From positions 13,699 through 77,698 of the forward strand of contig JBFWKW010000003.1 in assembly GCA_050252455.1 (NCBI GenBank): 64,000 nucleotides of DNA, read 5' to 3'. Shown one piece after another: positions 28,842 through 37,876 of this stretch. This stretch comes from Campylobacterales bacterium (GTDB lineage: Bacteria > Campylobacterota > Campylobacteria > Campylobacterales > UBA6016). Made by a program: the position numbers and the translations under genes. The notes below the pieces were generated by a model, which had not been told where the DNA came from, did not search any database, and saw only the letters and a program-made list of their open reading frames with translations. Every line of letters starts with the position of its first letter. The stretch's first letter is position 1.

Positions 28842-30058
28842 TGAGTCAATCTCTCCTTTTTTGCTACAATCAAATAAACTTCACCCTTGGAGGCCGTCTG
28901 CCCGGCGTAAAACAGAGCCTCTTCGCCTTCGCCGAAATATATATCCACACGTCCGCCACCCCTTATGGCTCCGCCCGTGTCTTGTATCATAAAGAATTTC
29001 TCAAACGGCTCTCTCTCGCTTCTTGGCACTACCTCAAGCCCATTGATTTTTTTTGGCACTTCTGTTTTGATATAGGCAAGAGCGCCTCTTGGGAGCAATT
29101 CACTATCCATTGCCACACTCTCTTTTGCGGTTAGCGGTACGGATATATTGCCAAATATCCCTTCTGTGCTGTTGAGTTTGAAAAATACAAAGCTTTTGTT
29201 TTTGTTTAGCACGTAGTCCCTCATTGTTTCATTGGCGTCCAAAAACTCTTTGATGGTTTGCATATTGATTTTTGACGGGTCGATTAGCTTCTCTTCGTAA
29301 ACTATTTTGCCGATTGAGGTGTATGGATGTCCGTTTTTACCGGCATACCCGACGTAGTGTTTTTTGCCGTCTATCTCAACGATCCCTGAGCCCTGCACCT
29401 CCAATAAAAAGGCGTCTACTTTGTTGTCTAGATATAGCAGCGGCTTTTCTTTGAGAGCGCCCTTGGCGATTTCCTCTCTTGTGTAATAAGGGACAAGTTC
29501 GCTATTTTCAACTTTTCCGGCAATATTTCGTATCGATTTTGCCGTCGGAAATTTCTTTAATTTTGCTATAACAATGTCTTTTGGAAGAGGGTAGAGTGGG
29601 GCATTGTACTTCTCTGTTTTTGTAAACGAGCCTTTAAGAACAGGGGCATAATAGCCTGTAATTAAAGAGCTATTGTTTTCATTTTTGCTTTCATATACCG
29701 TAAAATCTTTGTCTAGTCTGGATAAAAATTCATCTTTTGGGAGCTTGGCTATCTCTTTGAATAGTCTAAGCGAATCCGCCATTTGTAGTGCAGTATAGTT
29801 TTGGTCGGCGAACACAAAATTTTCGTTTTTCTTGGAGACTTTTTCATAGTATCCTATGGAGTAGTCAAGGGCTTTATAAAATTCTTGCGTAGGCAGTATT
29901 TGGACTATTTCGGACGGTTTTTTTCCGGATTTTGCCAGCGGTGCGATTTTTGGCTTTTCAATCACCTTTACGGATGGGGTAGTGCTTACCGCTTTTTCAA
30001 CTTTTGGTGCACATCCTGCCAGCAAAAATGCTACAACCGCAAAAATCCAAATTTTCAT
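28838..30058 (-). CDS. mltA: Membrane-bound lytic murein transglycosylase A
   Basis: Lipobox LAGC, TGYYAP, QGSG, NGHPYTSIG, SVAMD, QDTGGAIRG..VDIYFG (3D domain). Confidence 0.92.
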   Translation of the reverse strand: MKIWIFAVVAFLLAGCAPKVEKAVSTTPSVKVIEKPKIAPLAKSGKKPSEIVQILPTQEFYKALDYSIGYYEKVSKKNENFVFADQNYTALQMADSLRLFKEIAKLPKDEFLSRLDKDFTVYESKNENNSSLITGYYAPVLKGSFTKTEKYNAPLYPLPKDIVIAKLKKFPTAKSIRNIAGKVENSELVPYYTREEIAKGALKEKPLLYLDNKVDAFLLEVQGSGIVEIDGKKHYVGYAGKNGHPYTSIGKIVYEEKLIDPSKINMQTIKEFLDANETMRDYVLNKNKSFVFFKLNSTEGIFGNISVPLTAKESVAMDSELLPRGALAYIKTEVPKKINGLEVVPRSEREPFEKFFMIQDTGGAIRGGGRVDIYFGEGEEALFYAGQTASKGEVYLIVAKKERLTQ

Positions 30059-30228
30059 TTTTTTATCACCTTTAGCTCGAATATCTCACACTGCATACCG
30101 CTACTTTGAAATACGACAAGGCTTGGCATTTGAGGGCTTTTGAAGCCGTATGCCTTGCATCCGTACGGTCTTTGCGGCTCATAGGTTACAAAAAAGTGTT
30201 TGCATTTTATACAGTTGACCTTTTGCAT
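30055..30228 (-). CDS. 57-aa four-cysteine (putative metal-binding) protein, missing from the ORF track
   Basis: MQKVNCIKCKHFFVTYEPQRPYGCKAYGFKSPQMPSLVVFQSSGMQCEIFELKVIKK. Fills the mtaB-mltA gap; its TGA overlaps the mltA ATG (ATGA). Confidence 0.85.
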   Translation of the reverse strand: MQKVNCIKCKHFFVTYEPQRPYGCKAYGFKSPQMPSLVVFQSSGMQCEIFELKVIKK

Positions 30229-30233
30229 GCGAA

Positions 30234-31457
30234 CTAGCCTATTGTTTTTTCCATCGTAATTTCACGTTCTCTCACCTCTACCCATTCGCGCTCTTGCGGC
30301 GCTCTAAACGTTATTTTATTAAAAAACTGGTCAAAGCCGCTCATCTTGGAATCTTCGACGTTGACGATTAGCGGCACGGTGAGTTTTTTTCTAAATTCAT
30401 AATTTTTCTCGGCCACTATTTCGTTGATTTGATGTAGCCTTTCTTTGGAGACATTGCCGTTTACGTCTGCTTTTATCTGTGCGGCCGGCGTGCCGTCACG
30501 TTTTGAATAGACGAAAGGATGGATATGTGTTAACGGCATTGCTTTTAGATTTTGCACCGCTTCGTCCCATATGGCATCAGATTCGCCGGGGAAGCCCACG
30601 ATATAATCAGTACCTATCGCAAATCCTAGGCGTGAGAGCCTCTCAAAGAGTCTTAAGTCATCCTCAAATCTATTTTTGCGGTTCATCCTCTCAAGCATCG
30701 CATTTGAGCTGTGTTGGATGGCGATGTGAAGCTGTTTTGAAAACGTCTCATGCGAGACGATATCCAAAAATTCGTCCGTGATTTGGGAGGGCTCCACGCT
30801 ACCGAGTCTTACCCTGCGAGCTAGCCCCAAATCTATAATCGCTTTCATTAGTTTTTCTAGGGTCGTGTCATTGTCGCGGTAGCTTCCGACGTTTGTCCCC
30901 GTGAGGATGAATTCGCTAAAGCCGCTATCTGCCAACACCTCTATCTGACGAATGACGGTACGAGCAGGGATGGCTCTGCTGTGTCCACGCACGGATGGAA
31001 TGATGCAGTAGCTACACGCAAAATCACACCCCTCTTGGATTTTGATAAACGCCTTTGTTTTTCCCTCAAAATTTGTGACTACACTGTCGTCGATGTAGTT
31101 TTTGTCACCTTCGACAAACAGTTTTTGCGGCTCCTCAAAAAAAGATGTCAGCCTCGTTTTTTCCGAGTGCCCAAAGACCAAATCCACTTTTCCCGCCTCA
31201 AAAAGCTTTTTCCCTTCCGTTTGTACGCCGCATCCGGTAAATAGTATCTTTGTATCGTTGTTTTTGCTTTTTACTTTTGATATGTACTGCCTTACTCCCG
31301 TGTCTGCGCCGTTTGTGACCGTGCACGAGTTGATGACTACGACATCGGCGAGACTTTCGTCATTTGTCAGCTCGTATGCGCCGATATGCTCTATCATCGT
31401 TTGCGTGTCAAACATATTTGTCCGGCATCCGAATGTTTTGAAATATACTTTTTTCAT
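30234..31457 (-). CDS. mtaB: tRNA t6A37 methylthiotransferase MtaB
   Basis: TFGCRTN, NSCTVT, TGC, KIQEGCDFACSYC radical-SAM motif. Confidence 0.9.
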   Translation of the reverse strand: MKKVYFKTFGCRTNMFDTQTMIEHIGAYELTNDESLADVVVINSCTVTNGADTGVRQYISKVKSKNNDTKILFTGCGVQTEGKKLFEAGKVDLVFGHSEKTRLTSFFEEPQKLFVEGDKNYIDDSVVTNFEGKTKAFIKIQEGCDFACSYCIIPSVRGHSRAIPARTVIRQIEVLADSGFSEFILTGTNVGSYRDNDTTLEKLMKAIIDLGLARRVRLGSVEPSQITDEFLDIVSHETFSKQLHIAIQHSSNAMLERMNRKNRFEDDLRLFERLSRLGFAIGTDYIVGFPGESDAIWDEAVQNLKAMPLTHIHPFVYSKRDGTPAAQIKADVNGNVSKERLHQINEIVAEKNYEFRKKLTVPLIVNVEDSKMSGFDQFFNKITFRAPQEREWVEVREREITMEKTIG

Positions 31458-31464
31458 CAAGGTT

Positions 31465-32337
31465 TTATTTTCTCGTTATCAAAATTCCGGAAAGCACTAT
31501 AAGCGCCATCCCTAAAAATACCGTTAGACTAGGTGGTGCTTCGCCCACCGCTAGACCGAACAAAACTCCAAAAAGGATGCTAAAGTAGCTAACGGTACTA
31601 ACTAGCCCCGCTTTCGCTCCAAAATAGGCCTTTGTCATCAGTACCTGTCCCGCCGCCGATAGTACCCCTATCGCAAGAAGGAGCCAAAACTCACCAAGGC
31701 TTGGCATCACAAAAACCTTGATAATTTCTCCGTTTTCGACCACGGTTGCAAGTGACATTATAAGTATCGGCAGCAAGGTTCCAAAGGCCATAAACGACAA
31801 TACTACAAATCTATGGTCAAAATCGTCTTTTATCCGTCTTATCGTAGTGTATGCCAGCGCCGCGCAAAATCCGGCAAATACTCCGATAGCATTGTCGTAG
31901 GCCATCTGTGTACCCCTGTCGACACCTATCGCGACTATCCCGGCAAATCCTATCAGTATTGCGGCTATTTTTACCCGATCAAGCCGTTCCGACATCAGCC
32001 AAAAAGCAATAAGCGCACTAAAAAGAGGCTCCGTTTTCGTAAAGGTCATAGCGTCAGCTAGACTAACTGCGGCCACGTTGTAAAAGAAGGCTATTAGGGC
32101 AACCGTCCCTATGAATCCACGAAAAAGAAGTAGGCTTAGTTTTTTTACGTTAAATTTTTTTGATTTTGCATAGTTAAAAAACATTAACAGCACAATAATC
32201 CCTATGCTGTTTCTGAAAAATGTTATTTCTACCGCACCAAGTCTTGATACAAGCTTTGCAAACAACGCTACACATGAAAAAAGCAGTGTCGCCGCAAACA
32301 TATAAAGGATGGCTTTTTGTTCTTTTGTTATTATCAC
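31465..32337 (-). CDS. DMT/EamA family transporter
   Basis: About 10 TM segments in two repeats; FFRNSIG, FRGFIG, GQVLMTKAY. Confidence 0.88.
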   Translation of the reverse strand: MIITKEQKAILYMFAATLLFSCVALFAKLVSRLGAVEITFFRNSIGIIVLLMFFNYAKSKKFNVKKLSLLLFRGFIGTVALIAFFYNVAAVSLADAMTFTKTEPLFSALIAFWLMSERLDRVKIAAILIGFAGIVAIGVDRGTQMAYDNAIGVFAGFCAALAYTTIRRIKDDFDHRFVVLSFMAFGTLLPILIMSLATVVENGEIIKVFVMPSLGEFWLLLAIGVLSAAGQVLMTKAYFGAKAGLVSTVSYFSILFGVLFGLAVGEAPPSLTVFLGMALIVLSGILITRK

Positions 32338-32366
32338 GAAAGCATTTTACCAAAAAGGGACTAACG

Positions 32367-32813
32367 GTGAGGGAATACGGGTATGAAGAATTTGTAACGG
32401 ACGCAAAAAAATTGTCGGCGATAGTGTCCGATTTTGAGGCTGACGGAATATTGTTTATTGCAAGAGGCGGCGCTACTTTGGCGCATTTTTTGGCCATGAA
32501 TACGGGCATTCGTAAGATGTATGCGGTAAACACCGTTTCGTATGATGGCCAAACGAAGCTTGGCGCCCCGATTGTTGGAGAGCTGCCAAATCTAAAAGAA
32601 GCCAAAAAGATTATCGTCGTCGATGAGATAGTGGATACCGGCGAGACTCTAAAAGTTGTTATGGAGAAGTTAAGAGGAGCATTTGTGGATGTGGAGTTTA
32701 GGGCAGCCTCTCTTTATCAGCGTGAGAGGGCGGTGGTTAAGGCCGATTATTATTTGCATTTGACTGATGAGTGGGTAGAGTTTTTTTGGGAAAAAGATGG
32801 TGGCGAAAATTAA
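32367..32813 (+). CDS. Type I phosphoribosyltransferase (purine PRT-like)
   Basis: IARGG, PRPP loop VVDEIVDTGET, WVEFFWE; GTG 32367 has an AAGGGA SD. Confidence 0.88.
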   Translation: MREYGYEEFVTDAKKLSAIVSDFEADGILFIARGGATLAHFLAMNTGIRKMYAVNTVSYDGQTKLGAPIVGELPNLKEAKKIIVVDEIVDTGETLKVVMEKLRGAFVDVEFRAASLYQRERAVVKADYYLHLTDEWVEFFWEKDGGEN

Positions 32814-32826
32814 AATATAAAATAAA

Positions 32827-33759
32827 ATGAGTTTTAATATGACAAATCATGAGGCATGGCGCAAAAACTATAGAAGTAAAAGATATATGGAGTTCTTATC
32901 TCAGCAAGAGTTGCAGTAGAGAGCCAAAGATATTATGTCTAATTTATTAATTTTGACACATGATGAAAAAATTGGACTACGCCCAATGGATAAAGACGGG
33001 ATTTATTGGATAATAGTTTTTACAGAGATGCTCGAAGAATTTAGATTGAGATATGGTGAATACCCCGCTGGTTTTGAGGCAGGTTTTATAAAAGATGCAA
33101 ATATTGTTAATCCAGATTGTGTTAGGTTTGCCAAAAAAGCAATTGATAAAGTGGGCGGTATCAAAAATGGGTGTTTATATAAATATGGTCAAACAGAACA
33201 TCTTTTGGAAATGTTAAAAACTGGAAAAATTCTTATATCGCCAGCCTCTTATTACAAAGACCCATCCTTGAATCATGCTATAAATGATGATGAATTAAAC
33301 TTCAAATATGTAATGCTTAAGCAGGATACAAAGATTTGGAATGAAAGTCTGAATTGCGAGATAAAACCAATAAAAAACGTAGATATTAACTTGTCATCAA
33401 AGACTGACTATTATGTGCAATGCATGTCAACGGCTTACTCGTATCGGGAATTTGAAGATTTCGAGTGTACTTCATGTCTTGTAATTTACGATGTAAAGAA
33501 GTATTTGAGAATAATTGAAGATAAGCTGAAGAATGTTTTTACAGGGTATAAATTTGAATACGGAAGTGTTGACTATATTGACCCATTAAAATTCAAGAAG
33601 GAACCAGATGTATTTTTTTCTAAGCATTTTAGATTTACTTATCAAAATGAGTTTAGAATCGTATGGATTCCAATTGTCATGACTATGCAATTAGATAAAT
33701 TTTTTGTTGAGATAGGCAATATGGAGGATTACGCCAAATTAATTACTTTGGAACAATGA
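32827..33759 (+). pseudogene. AT-rich hypothetical gene interrupted by an in-frame TAG (32917-32919); the downstream part is ORF 32935-33759
   Basis: ATG 32827 is in frame with ATG 32935, separated by one TAG at codon 31. C-terminal FSKHFRFTYQNEFR motif. Confidence 0.55.
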
Positions 33760-33784
33760 TTTATATCAGATATAGAAATTTTTG

Positions 33785-33843
33785 GTAATTAAATAAACGA
33801 AATTACAAAACATACTTAGCTATAATACGGCAAAAATATACGG
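33785..33843 (+). promoter_or_regulatory. TA operon promoter with candidate antitoxin operator
   Basis: TATAAT at 33821-33826; inverted repeat GTAATT-N10-AATTAC (33785-33806); ATACGG direct repeats at 33825 and 33838. Confidence 0.4.
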
Positions 33844-33852
33844 GAGTTTATT

Positions 33853-34101
33853 ATGGTAAATTCTAACACTGAAAAAATCACCTTTAATATGCCTGTTGAG
33901 CTAAAAAATCAGGTAATGCAGCTCAAAGATGAGCTAAAAGTGTCGCTCTCTACGATATATAATGAAGCGGTCAAAAACTATGTGCAGCAAAAAGAGCTGG
34001 AGAGATGGAAGAGGGCGGCCGAGAGCGCCGCAAAAGACAAAAAATATGCCGCAGATATGAAAGAGTTTGGAGGCGACGAAGGCGGACTTTATGAATATTA
34101 A
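33853..34101 (+). CDS. Ribbon-helix-helix (CopG-like) antitoxin
   Basis: KITFNMP strand followed by two helices and an acidic C-terminus; overlaps the toxin gene. Confidence 0.8.
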   Translation: MVNSNTEKITFNMPVELKNQVMQLKDELKVSLSTIYNEAVKNYVQQKELERWKRAAESAAKDKKYAADMKEFGGDEGGLYEY

Positions 34102-34450
34102 GCAGGGCGAGATTTGGCTTGTTGAGTTCTTTCCAAAAGTTGGAAGTGAGATAGCCAAACAAAGACCCGCCGTGGTCGTGAGTGCTGATGAGATAGGCAA
34201 ACTACCGCTAAAAACGGTTGCACCTATCACCGAGTGGTCGACGCAATACGGCTCTTATCCGTGGATGATTAGGCTAGAAAACAGCGCTTCAAACGGATTG
34301 TCAAAAACTTCTGCAATTGACTGTTTTCAAATAAAAAACTTCTCCCATGACAGATTTGTCAAAAAAATAGGGCAACTGGACGCTGATGCGGTATATAAAG
34401 TTCATGCGACTATTGCAAAAACGCTAAACCCGCTTTACTGCTTATCTTAG
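34091..34450 (+). CDS. mazF: PemK/MazF family endoribonuclease toxin
   Basis: KQGEIWLVEF.P..GSEI.K.RPAVVVS, VAPIT, GLSKTS..DC.QI. Confidence 0.92.
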   Translation: MNIKQGEIWLVEFFPKVGSEIAKQRPAVVVSADEIGKLPLKTVAPITEWSTQYGSYPWMIRLENSASNGLSKTSAIDCFQIKNFSHDRFVKKIGQLDADAVYKVHATIAKTLNPLYCLS

Positions 34451-34509
34451 GCTTAAATTATTTTAATGACAAAAAAACCGTTAATTGGGCGTGCAAGTTT
34501 GGAGAAAAT

Positions 34510-35514
34510 GTGAATACGATAAAAATTGAACAATTAAACGGTGATTTCTCGGACTATGACCTCATTATTGATGCCAGAAGCCCAAAAGAGTATGCCGAGT
34601 CGCATATACCGGGTGCTATCAATCTGTACGCCTTGAGCGATGAAGAGCACAGTGAGGTCGGAACAATATACAAGCAGGTATCTCCGTTTCAGGCAAGGGT
34701 AAAGGGCGCGTCATATGTGTGTCTCAACGCCGCAAAACATATAGAGGCCATATACCCGTCATATACTCCAAAAGCGCGAATAGCTATCTACTGTGCAAGA
34801 GGCGGAATGCGCTCATCCTCGCTGGCTACTATTTTTTCAAGTATAGGGTATAGAATCGAAAAGCTTGAGGGCGGTTATAAGTCATATCGGAAGTTTGTCG
34901 TCGAGTATCTAAACTCTTTTGAAAAAATAAATTTTATAACGCTGAGGGGCTATACCGGATGCGGTAAAAGCGATCTTTTAAAGCAACTTGACAATGTCAT
35001 AGACTTGGAGGGGATGGCAAACCATTACGGCTCGGTTTTTGGTGCGGTCAATGGGCGGCAGCCGACACAAAAAGAGTTTCAAAACCGTCTTACCAATGCC
35101 CTTTTGTCGATAGACCGTTCGCGTCCTGTTTTTATCGAAGGAGAGAGTGTGCGAATAGGCTCTGTGATGCTCCCGCAGCGTTTGTATACGATGATGGAAG
35201 ACGGCGTGCAAGTGCGTATTGATACGCCGCTTTCGCAGAGGGTCGATAGAATCGTCGGTATGTACGAGGGGTTGAGCGAAGAGTATTTCAGGGCATGTAT
35301 GGAAAAAATAACCCCTTATATCTCGCGCACGGCCAAAGAGAGAGCGATTTGCTCATATGAGATGAAAGAGATGGGGGCTGCCGCGGAGATTTTGCTGCTA
35401 GAGTACTACGACAAAGTCTACAAAAAAACTGCCGGATTCGACCATGAAATATACTACGAAAGCGAGCAAGAGGCGATTGCGCAGCTAACACAGATACAAA
35501 ACGCGCTTTTATGA
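34510..35514 (+). CDS. mnmH: tRNA 2-selenouridine synthase
   Basis: Rhodanese DARSPKEY..SHIPGA and YCARGGMRS; P-loop GYTGCGKS; DLEGMANH.GSVFG; EGES. Confidence 0.93.
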   Translation: MNTIKIEQLNGDFSDYDLIIDARSPKEYAESHIPGAINLYALSDEEHSEVGTIYKQVSPFQARVKGASYVCLNAAKHIEAIYPSYTPKARIAIYCARGGMRSSSLATIFSSIGYRIEKLEGGYKSYRKFVVEYLNSFEKINFITLRGYTGCGKSDLLKQLDNVIDLEGMANHYGSVFGAVNGRQPTQKEFQNRLTNALLSIDRSRPVFIEGESVRIGSVMLPQRLYTMMEDGVQVRIDTPLSQRVDRIVGMYEGLSEEYFRACMEKITPYISRTAKERAICSYEMKEMGAAAEILLLEYYDKVYKKTAGFDHEIYYESEQEAIAQLTQIQNALL

Positions 35515-37401
35515 TATTGTCGGAATAACGATTGTAAATACGGTACCGTTGCCAACACCCTTTGTGGTTATGGTTCCGGCAAAGCTCTCTTCGATAATCT
35601 TTTTGCAAATATAAAGACCTATTCCGGTCCCTTTTTCGCCTTTTGTCGTGTAGTATTGCTCAAATATTTTTTCTATGACGTCGGTCGGCATGCCCCCGGC
35701 GTTGTCTTTTATCTCTAGCACGACAAAACCGCCGTCTTTTTTGAGCGATATTTCTATTTTTCTATCTATGATGTCGTGAGAGCAAAAAGCGTCTTTTGCG
35801 TTGTTAAAAAGATTTAAAAGAACCTGTTTTAGTTCATTCTCTTTTCCGATTATTTTGATGGTTTCGTCACCGTTTATTTCAAAGCTTATATTTTCGTATT
35901 CGTATTGTTTGCCAAACATCGCCAATATGGTATTTACGGTCGATATTGGAGAAAATGTTTTTTTGTTTTTTGACGGAGAAAAGAAATTTCTAAAATCGTC
36001 CATAGTTGACGACATTCCGGTTATGACGGATTGTATATTAGTAATTTCGGTGTCTACTTTTTTTGAGATTTTTTTATCGCCTTCCGATGCTATCATTTGC
36101 ACCTCTTCTAGCATAATCATCAAAAGGGTAAGCGGCTGATTCCATTGATGGATTATTGCCGACACCATTTCGCCCATTTGCGCCTGTCTGGAGTTCATCT
36201 CTAGCAAGGCTCGTTGGGCCTCATATTTGGCTACGGCTTCCTCTTTTTGCTCTCTTAATATATTGATTTGGTCGGCAAGCGCAAACGAAAGGAGTATCGA
36301 CTCAAAAATAATTCCTACTCTTCCACCGATTAAGGCCGTTTCAAACTCTATATTTACACCTAGCATTAGTAACATTAGCGGTGTCATCCCCAATGCCCAG
36401 GCGCTCCATGCAACGGTGTAAAATCTAGCCTCTTTGTACCCTTGCCGCCAGACATATAACCCAAGTAGCGGCAAAAGCGACATTACCAGCGAAGACACGG
36501 TGAATATTTTGATTGAATCGACCTTGAACCCCATAATAAAGACAATGAGCAAAACGACAAAAAGTATCGAGAATATATTGAGCAGCCTATCCAAAAGTAA
36601 AAACCGCTTTTTTGTCTTTAGAAATTCTCTTGAAAATTGGAGGGCGGAGGCAAACATCAAAGGATAAGATATGACAAAAATGTTTTTTGACAAAAATTCG
36701 GACGAACCCCATAAAAATTGGTATCCTATGCCGTTATTGCTCAAAAAAAACAGTGCTACAAAAAATATATAGACGCAATACCAAGCGTATGCCTTGGTTT
36801 TAAAAGAGAAAAACAAAAATAAATTGTAAGCAAACAAAATCATGATTGCGCCGAGCACTATGCTTTTTATCATTGTATTTGTGATTGTTTGTTTTAAAAA
36901 CAGCTCTTTTGCGGTTATGTCAAATTTTGGAAATATAAAATAGCTACCGCTTGACGATGTCTTGATGAGTAGCGCGCCCGTCTCTTTTGGTTGGCTTGTC
37001 GCCAAATATGAGATTGTCGGATAGTTCAGAAATGAATACGACTCGGCAATAGATGTGCCTCTATCCTCTCCTTTTTGGTTTATGTAGTATATGTTTCCGT
37101 CCGAATTTGCTTTTGGTATCGAAAGCGTCCAATCCAGCTGTTTTTCCGATATGTTTTCTATACTTACATAAAACCAATATATCCCCTTGTATGCAGATGA
37201 TATAGGGTGGAGCTTCTCTTCTTGCAAGCCCAGCTTCTCGGCATTTAGTATATCTTTTGGAGTTAACGTGCCGTTAATATCTCTATAGACTTTTACGTTG
37301 TCGGTTATATTGAGAGTTGTTAGCGTTTCGTTGATTTTTACCGTATTCGCATAAGATAGCGAAGAAAAAAGCAGTATAAGGAGAAAAAATATATTAGGCA
37401 T
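35509..37401 (-). CDS. 7TM-DISM sensor histidine kinase
   Basis: Signal peptide, extracellular domain, about 7 TM (YNLFLF..Y..YC.Y, SFALAD), H-box HQWNQP, NNAKDA, DNAGG, GTGIGL. Confidence 0.9.
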   Translation of the reverse strand: MPNIFFLLILLFSSLSYANTVKINETLTTLNITDNVKVYRDINGTLTPKDILNAEKLGLQEEKLHPISSAYKGIYWFYVSIENISEKQLDWTLSIPKANSDGNIYYINQKGEDRGTSIAESYSFLNYPTISYLATSQPKETGALLIKTSSSGSYFIFPKFDITAKELFLKQTITNTMIKSIVLGAIMILFAYNLFLFFSFKTKAYAWYCVYIFFVALFFLSNNGIGYQFLWGSSEFLSKNIFVISYPLMFASALQFSREFLKTKKRFLLLDRLLNIFSILFVVLLIVFIMGFKVDSIKIFTVSSLVMSLLPLLGLYVWRQGYKEARFYTVAWSAWALGMTPLMLLMLGVNIEFETALIGGRVGIIFESILLSFALADQINILREQKEEAVAKYEAQRALLEMNSRQAQMGEMVSAIIHQWNQPLTLLMIMLEEVQMIASEGDKKISKKVDTEITNIQSVITGMSSTMDDFRNFFSPSKNKKTFSPISTVNTILAMFGKQYEYENISFEINGDETIKIIGKENELKQVLLNLFNNAKDAFCSHDIIDRKIEISLKKDGGFVVLEIKDNAGGMPTDVIEKIFEQYYTTKGEKGTGIGLYICKKIIEESFAGTITTKGVGNGTVFTIVIPTIS

Positions 37402-37577
37402 CTTAAATTATCTCTATGGTGTGTTGGAAGTATTGATTGTGCGCTAAGTGCAATTAAAACGGTATTAAAGCACAATAAACTATATTTTTATCATCCAAAA
37501 ATGACAAATTTTTGTGCTTTTTGACACAAAATGCTTTTTTTATGCGTAAAAACACACTCCCTAAGTAAGCCGTTCCC

Positions 37578-37586
37578 TGCTAAAAT
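37578..37586 (+). promoter_or_regulatory. Extended -10 promoter
   Basis: TGCTAAAAT, 26 bp above the ATG at 37613. Confidence 0.4.
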
Positions 37587-37612
37587 TACGGCAAATAAAC
37601 AAAGGCTAAAAA

Positions 37613-37876
37613 ATGGCAAAAAATAACCAAAAACAAACACAAAATGATGATGACGTAACACTAGAAGAGATGAGTGCCGTACTCCAAGAGATGCTAAGAG
37701 CTACTCTGTACTTTGCGGGTGTCAAAAAAGCAAAGCTTGACGAAGCAGCGGATGTCTACCTAGACGCAATAGATGAGGTATTCGGCGAAGAGGAAGAGGG
37801 AATGCTCGGCGTCGATGAAGTAGTAAAAGTCATCGAGTACATGAAAAAAGAGAATGCGGAGTTGTTCGCTAAATAA
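37613..37876 (+). CDS. Small acidic hypothetical protein
   Basis: 87 aa, AAGG SD, TAATG coupling to the DHH gene. Confidence 0.75.
   Translation: MAKNNQKQTQNDDDVTLEEMSAVLQEMLRATLYFAGVKKAKLDEAADVYLDAIDEVFGEEEEGMLGVDEVVKVIEYMKKENAELFAK

Noticed and set aside
30059-30233. Apparent 175-bp intergenic gap considered as an ncRNA (6S/SRP-like)
   Set aside because: Fully explained by a 57-codon minus-strand ORF coupled to mltA.
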